From positions 1-42,163 of the forward strand of contig JACPTT010000018.1 in NCBI GenBank assembly GCA_016192645.1: a stretch of 42,163 bases of DNA. The letters are read 5' to 3'. Under the pieces are notes generated by a model. The model was not told where the DNA came from. It was given only the letters and a program-made list of their open reading frames with translations, and made no database searches. How positions within the stretch are numbered: the first letter of the stretch is position 1; each line of letters starts with the position of its first letter. Below are positions 41,803 through 42,163 of this stretch, in pieces. The position numbers and the translations under genes are program-made. The stretch comes from Candidatus Levyibacteriota bacterium (GTDB lineage: Bacteria; Patescibacteriota; Microgenomatia; Levybacterales; UBA12049).

Positions 41803-42163
41803 CGATTTTACTCACCAGTCCTCCGTCGGCTTTGCCTTTGAGTTTTGGCATAACTGCTGACATAATTCTTCCCATGTCTTGCATTGATTTAGCCCCCGTT
41901 TGCTTAATTGTCTCAATTACCAACTTCTTAATTTCTTCCTCGTTCATTTGTTCGGGTAGATAGGCTTGCAGCATTTCCAGTTCCTTCGTTTCCTTATCAA
42001 CCAAATCCTGCCGGTCTCCTGCTTTGAATTGTTCAATTGAGTCTTTTCGCTGTTTTACTTCTTTCTGAATAACAGCTAATACATCTTCATCACTCGCCTC
42101 ATATCCAGCCCCGCCCTTTTGAATTTCATAATAGTTTATAGCCGAAAGTAACATCCGAAGGAC
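41780..42163 (-). CDS. GatB/YqeY-domain protein, N-terminus beyond the window edge
   Basis: The minus-strand frame is open to the window end (..VLRMLLSAINYYEI..). VIQKEVKQRKDSIEQFKAGDRQDLVDKETKELEMLQAYLPEQM and GRIMSAVMPKLKGKADGGLVSKIVKELL are YqeY-like. Its 3' end overlaps secF by 23 nt. Confidence 0.7.
   Translation of the reverse strand, partial: VLRMLLSAINYYEIQKGGAGYEASDEDVLAVIQKEVKQRKDSIEQFKAGDRQDLVDKETKELEMLQAYLPEQMNEEEIKKLVIETIKQTGAKSMQDMGRIMSAVMPKLKGKADGGLVSKIVKELLSS

Noticed and set aside
1-42163. tRNA, rRNA, tmRNA, SRP RNA, transposase, integrase and prophage genes
   Set aside because: Scanning by eye found no T-loop GGTTCRANYC contexts with acceptor stems, no rRNA-like stretches and no recombinase-like ORFs. 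This absence is limited by the lack of a covariance-model search.

Overview
AT-rich, very gene-dense 42 kb window. By gene content it looks like a reduced-genome Patescibacteria/CPR-type bacterium. That is an inference from three things: fused or truncated housekeeping genes, a class I LysRS, and many small DUF-type membrane proteins. The standard code 11 applies, since an RF2 gene is present and TGA ends ORFs. No rRNA, tRNA, CRISPR array, transposase or integrase was recognised. Almost everything is on the + strand. In order: tdh-kbl, murB, a PIN toxin with a possible small antitoxin, an ACT-less aspartokinase, a class I LysRS fused to a B3/4 domain, an RdgB-SerS fusion, and secA (N-terminus in another frame). 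Then come an AbrB-like mini-gene, two hypotheticals, MGMT and MazG-like genes (- strand), a fused transketolase, an Nramp transporter and an unframeshifted prfB. Next are ftsE-ftsX plus a coiled-coil M23 peptidase, a Pro/Thr-rich surface protein, tsaE-tsaC-tsaB and a CAP-domain protein. An ~11 kb nucleotide-sugar and glycosylation cluster follows (rfbA/C/B/D, NUDIX, ugd, rmd-like, gmd, uxs, GT2-GtrA, GT-C/GT39). After it sits a 1.1 kb minus-strand island of tiny genes (DUF378 remnant, DUF5679, a 98-aa membrane protein). The window ends with DUF4446, DUF3048, an HTH protein, secD, secF and a partial yqeY-like gene. The most unusual signals are structural rather than a new gene cassette. (1) Heptanucleotide tandem arrays of about 5 units with consensus RAANTCA lie inside loops of essential genes (tkt, tsaE, secF), with related 7-nt-periodic tracts at two gene junctions. 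(2) A perfect 14-bp palindrome sits in-frame in tsaE, and a long imperfect palindrome forms the linker of the fused transketolase. (3) secA is interrupted exactly at a dnaX-type A-AAA-AAG slippery heptamer. It is preceded by a 9-codon polybasic mini-ORF with a strong SD and a terminator. (4) The FtsEX-associated M23 domain appears circularly permuted. (5) Several genes have a leaderless-type promoter layout. All family assignments rest on motif recognition by eye. No homology search, folding or GC calculation was run.
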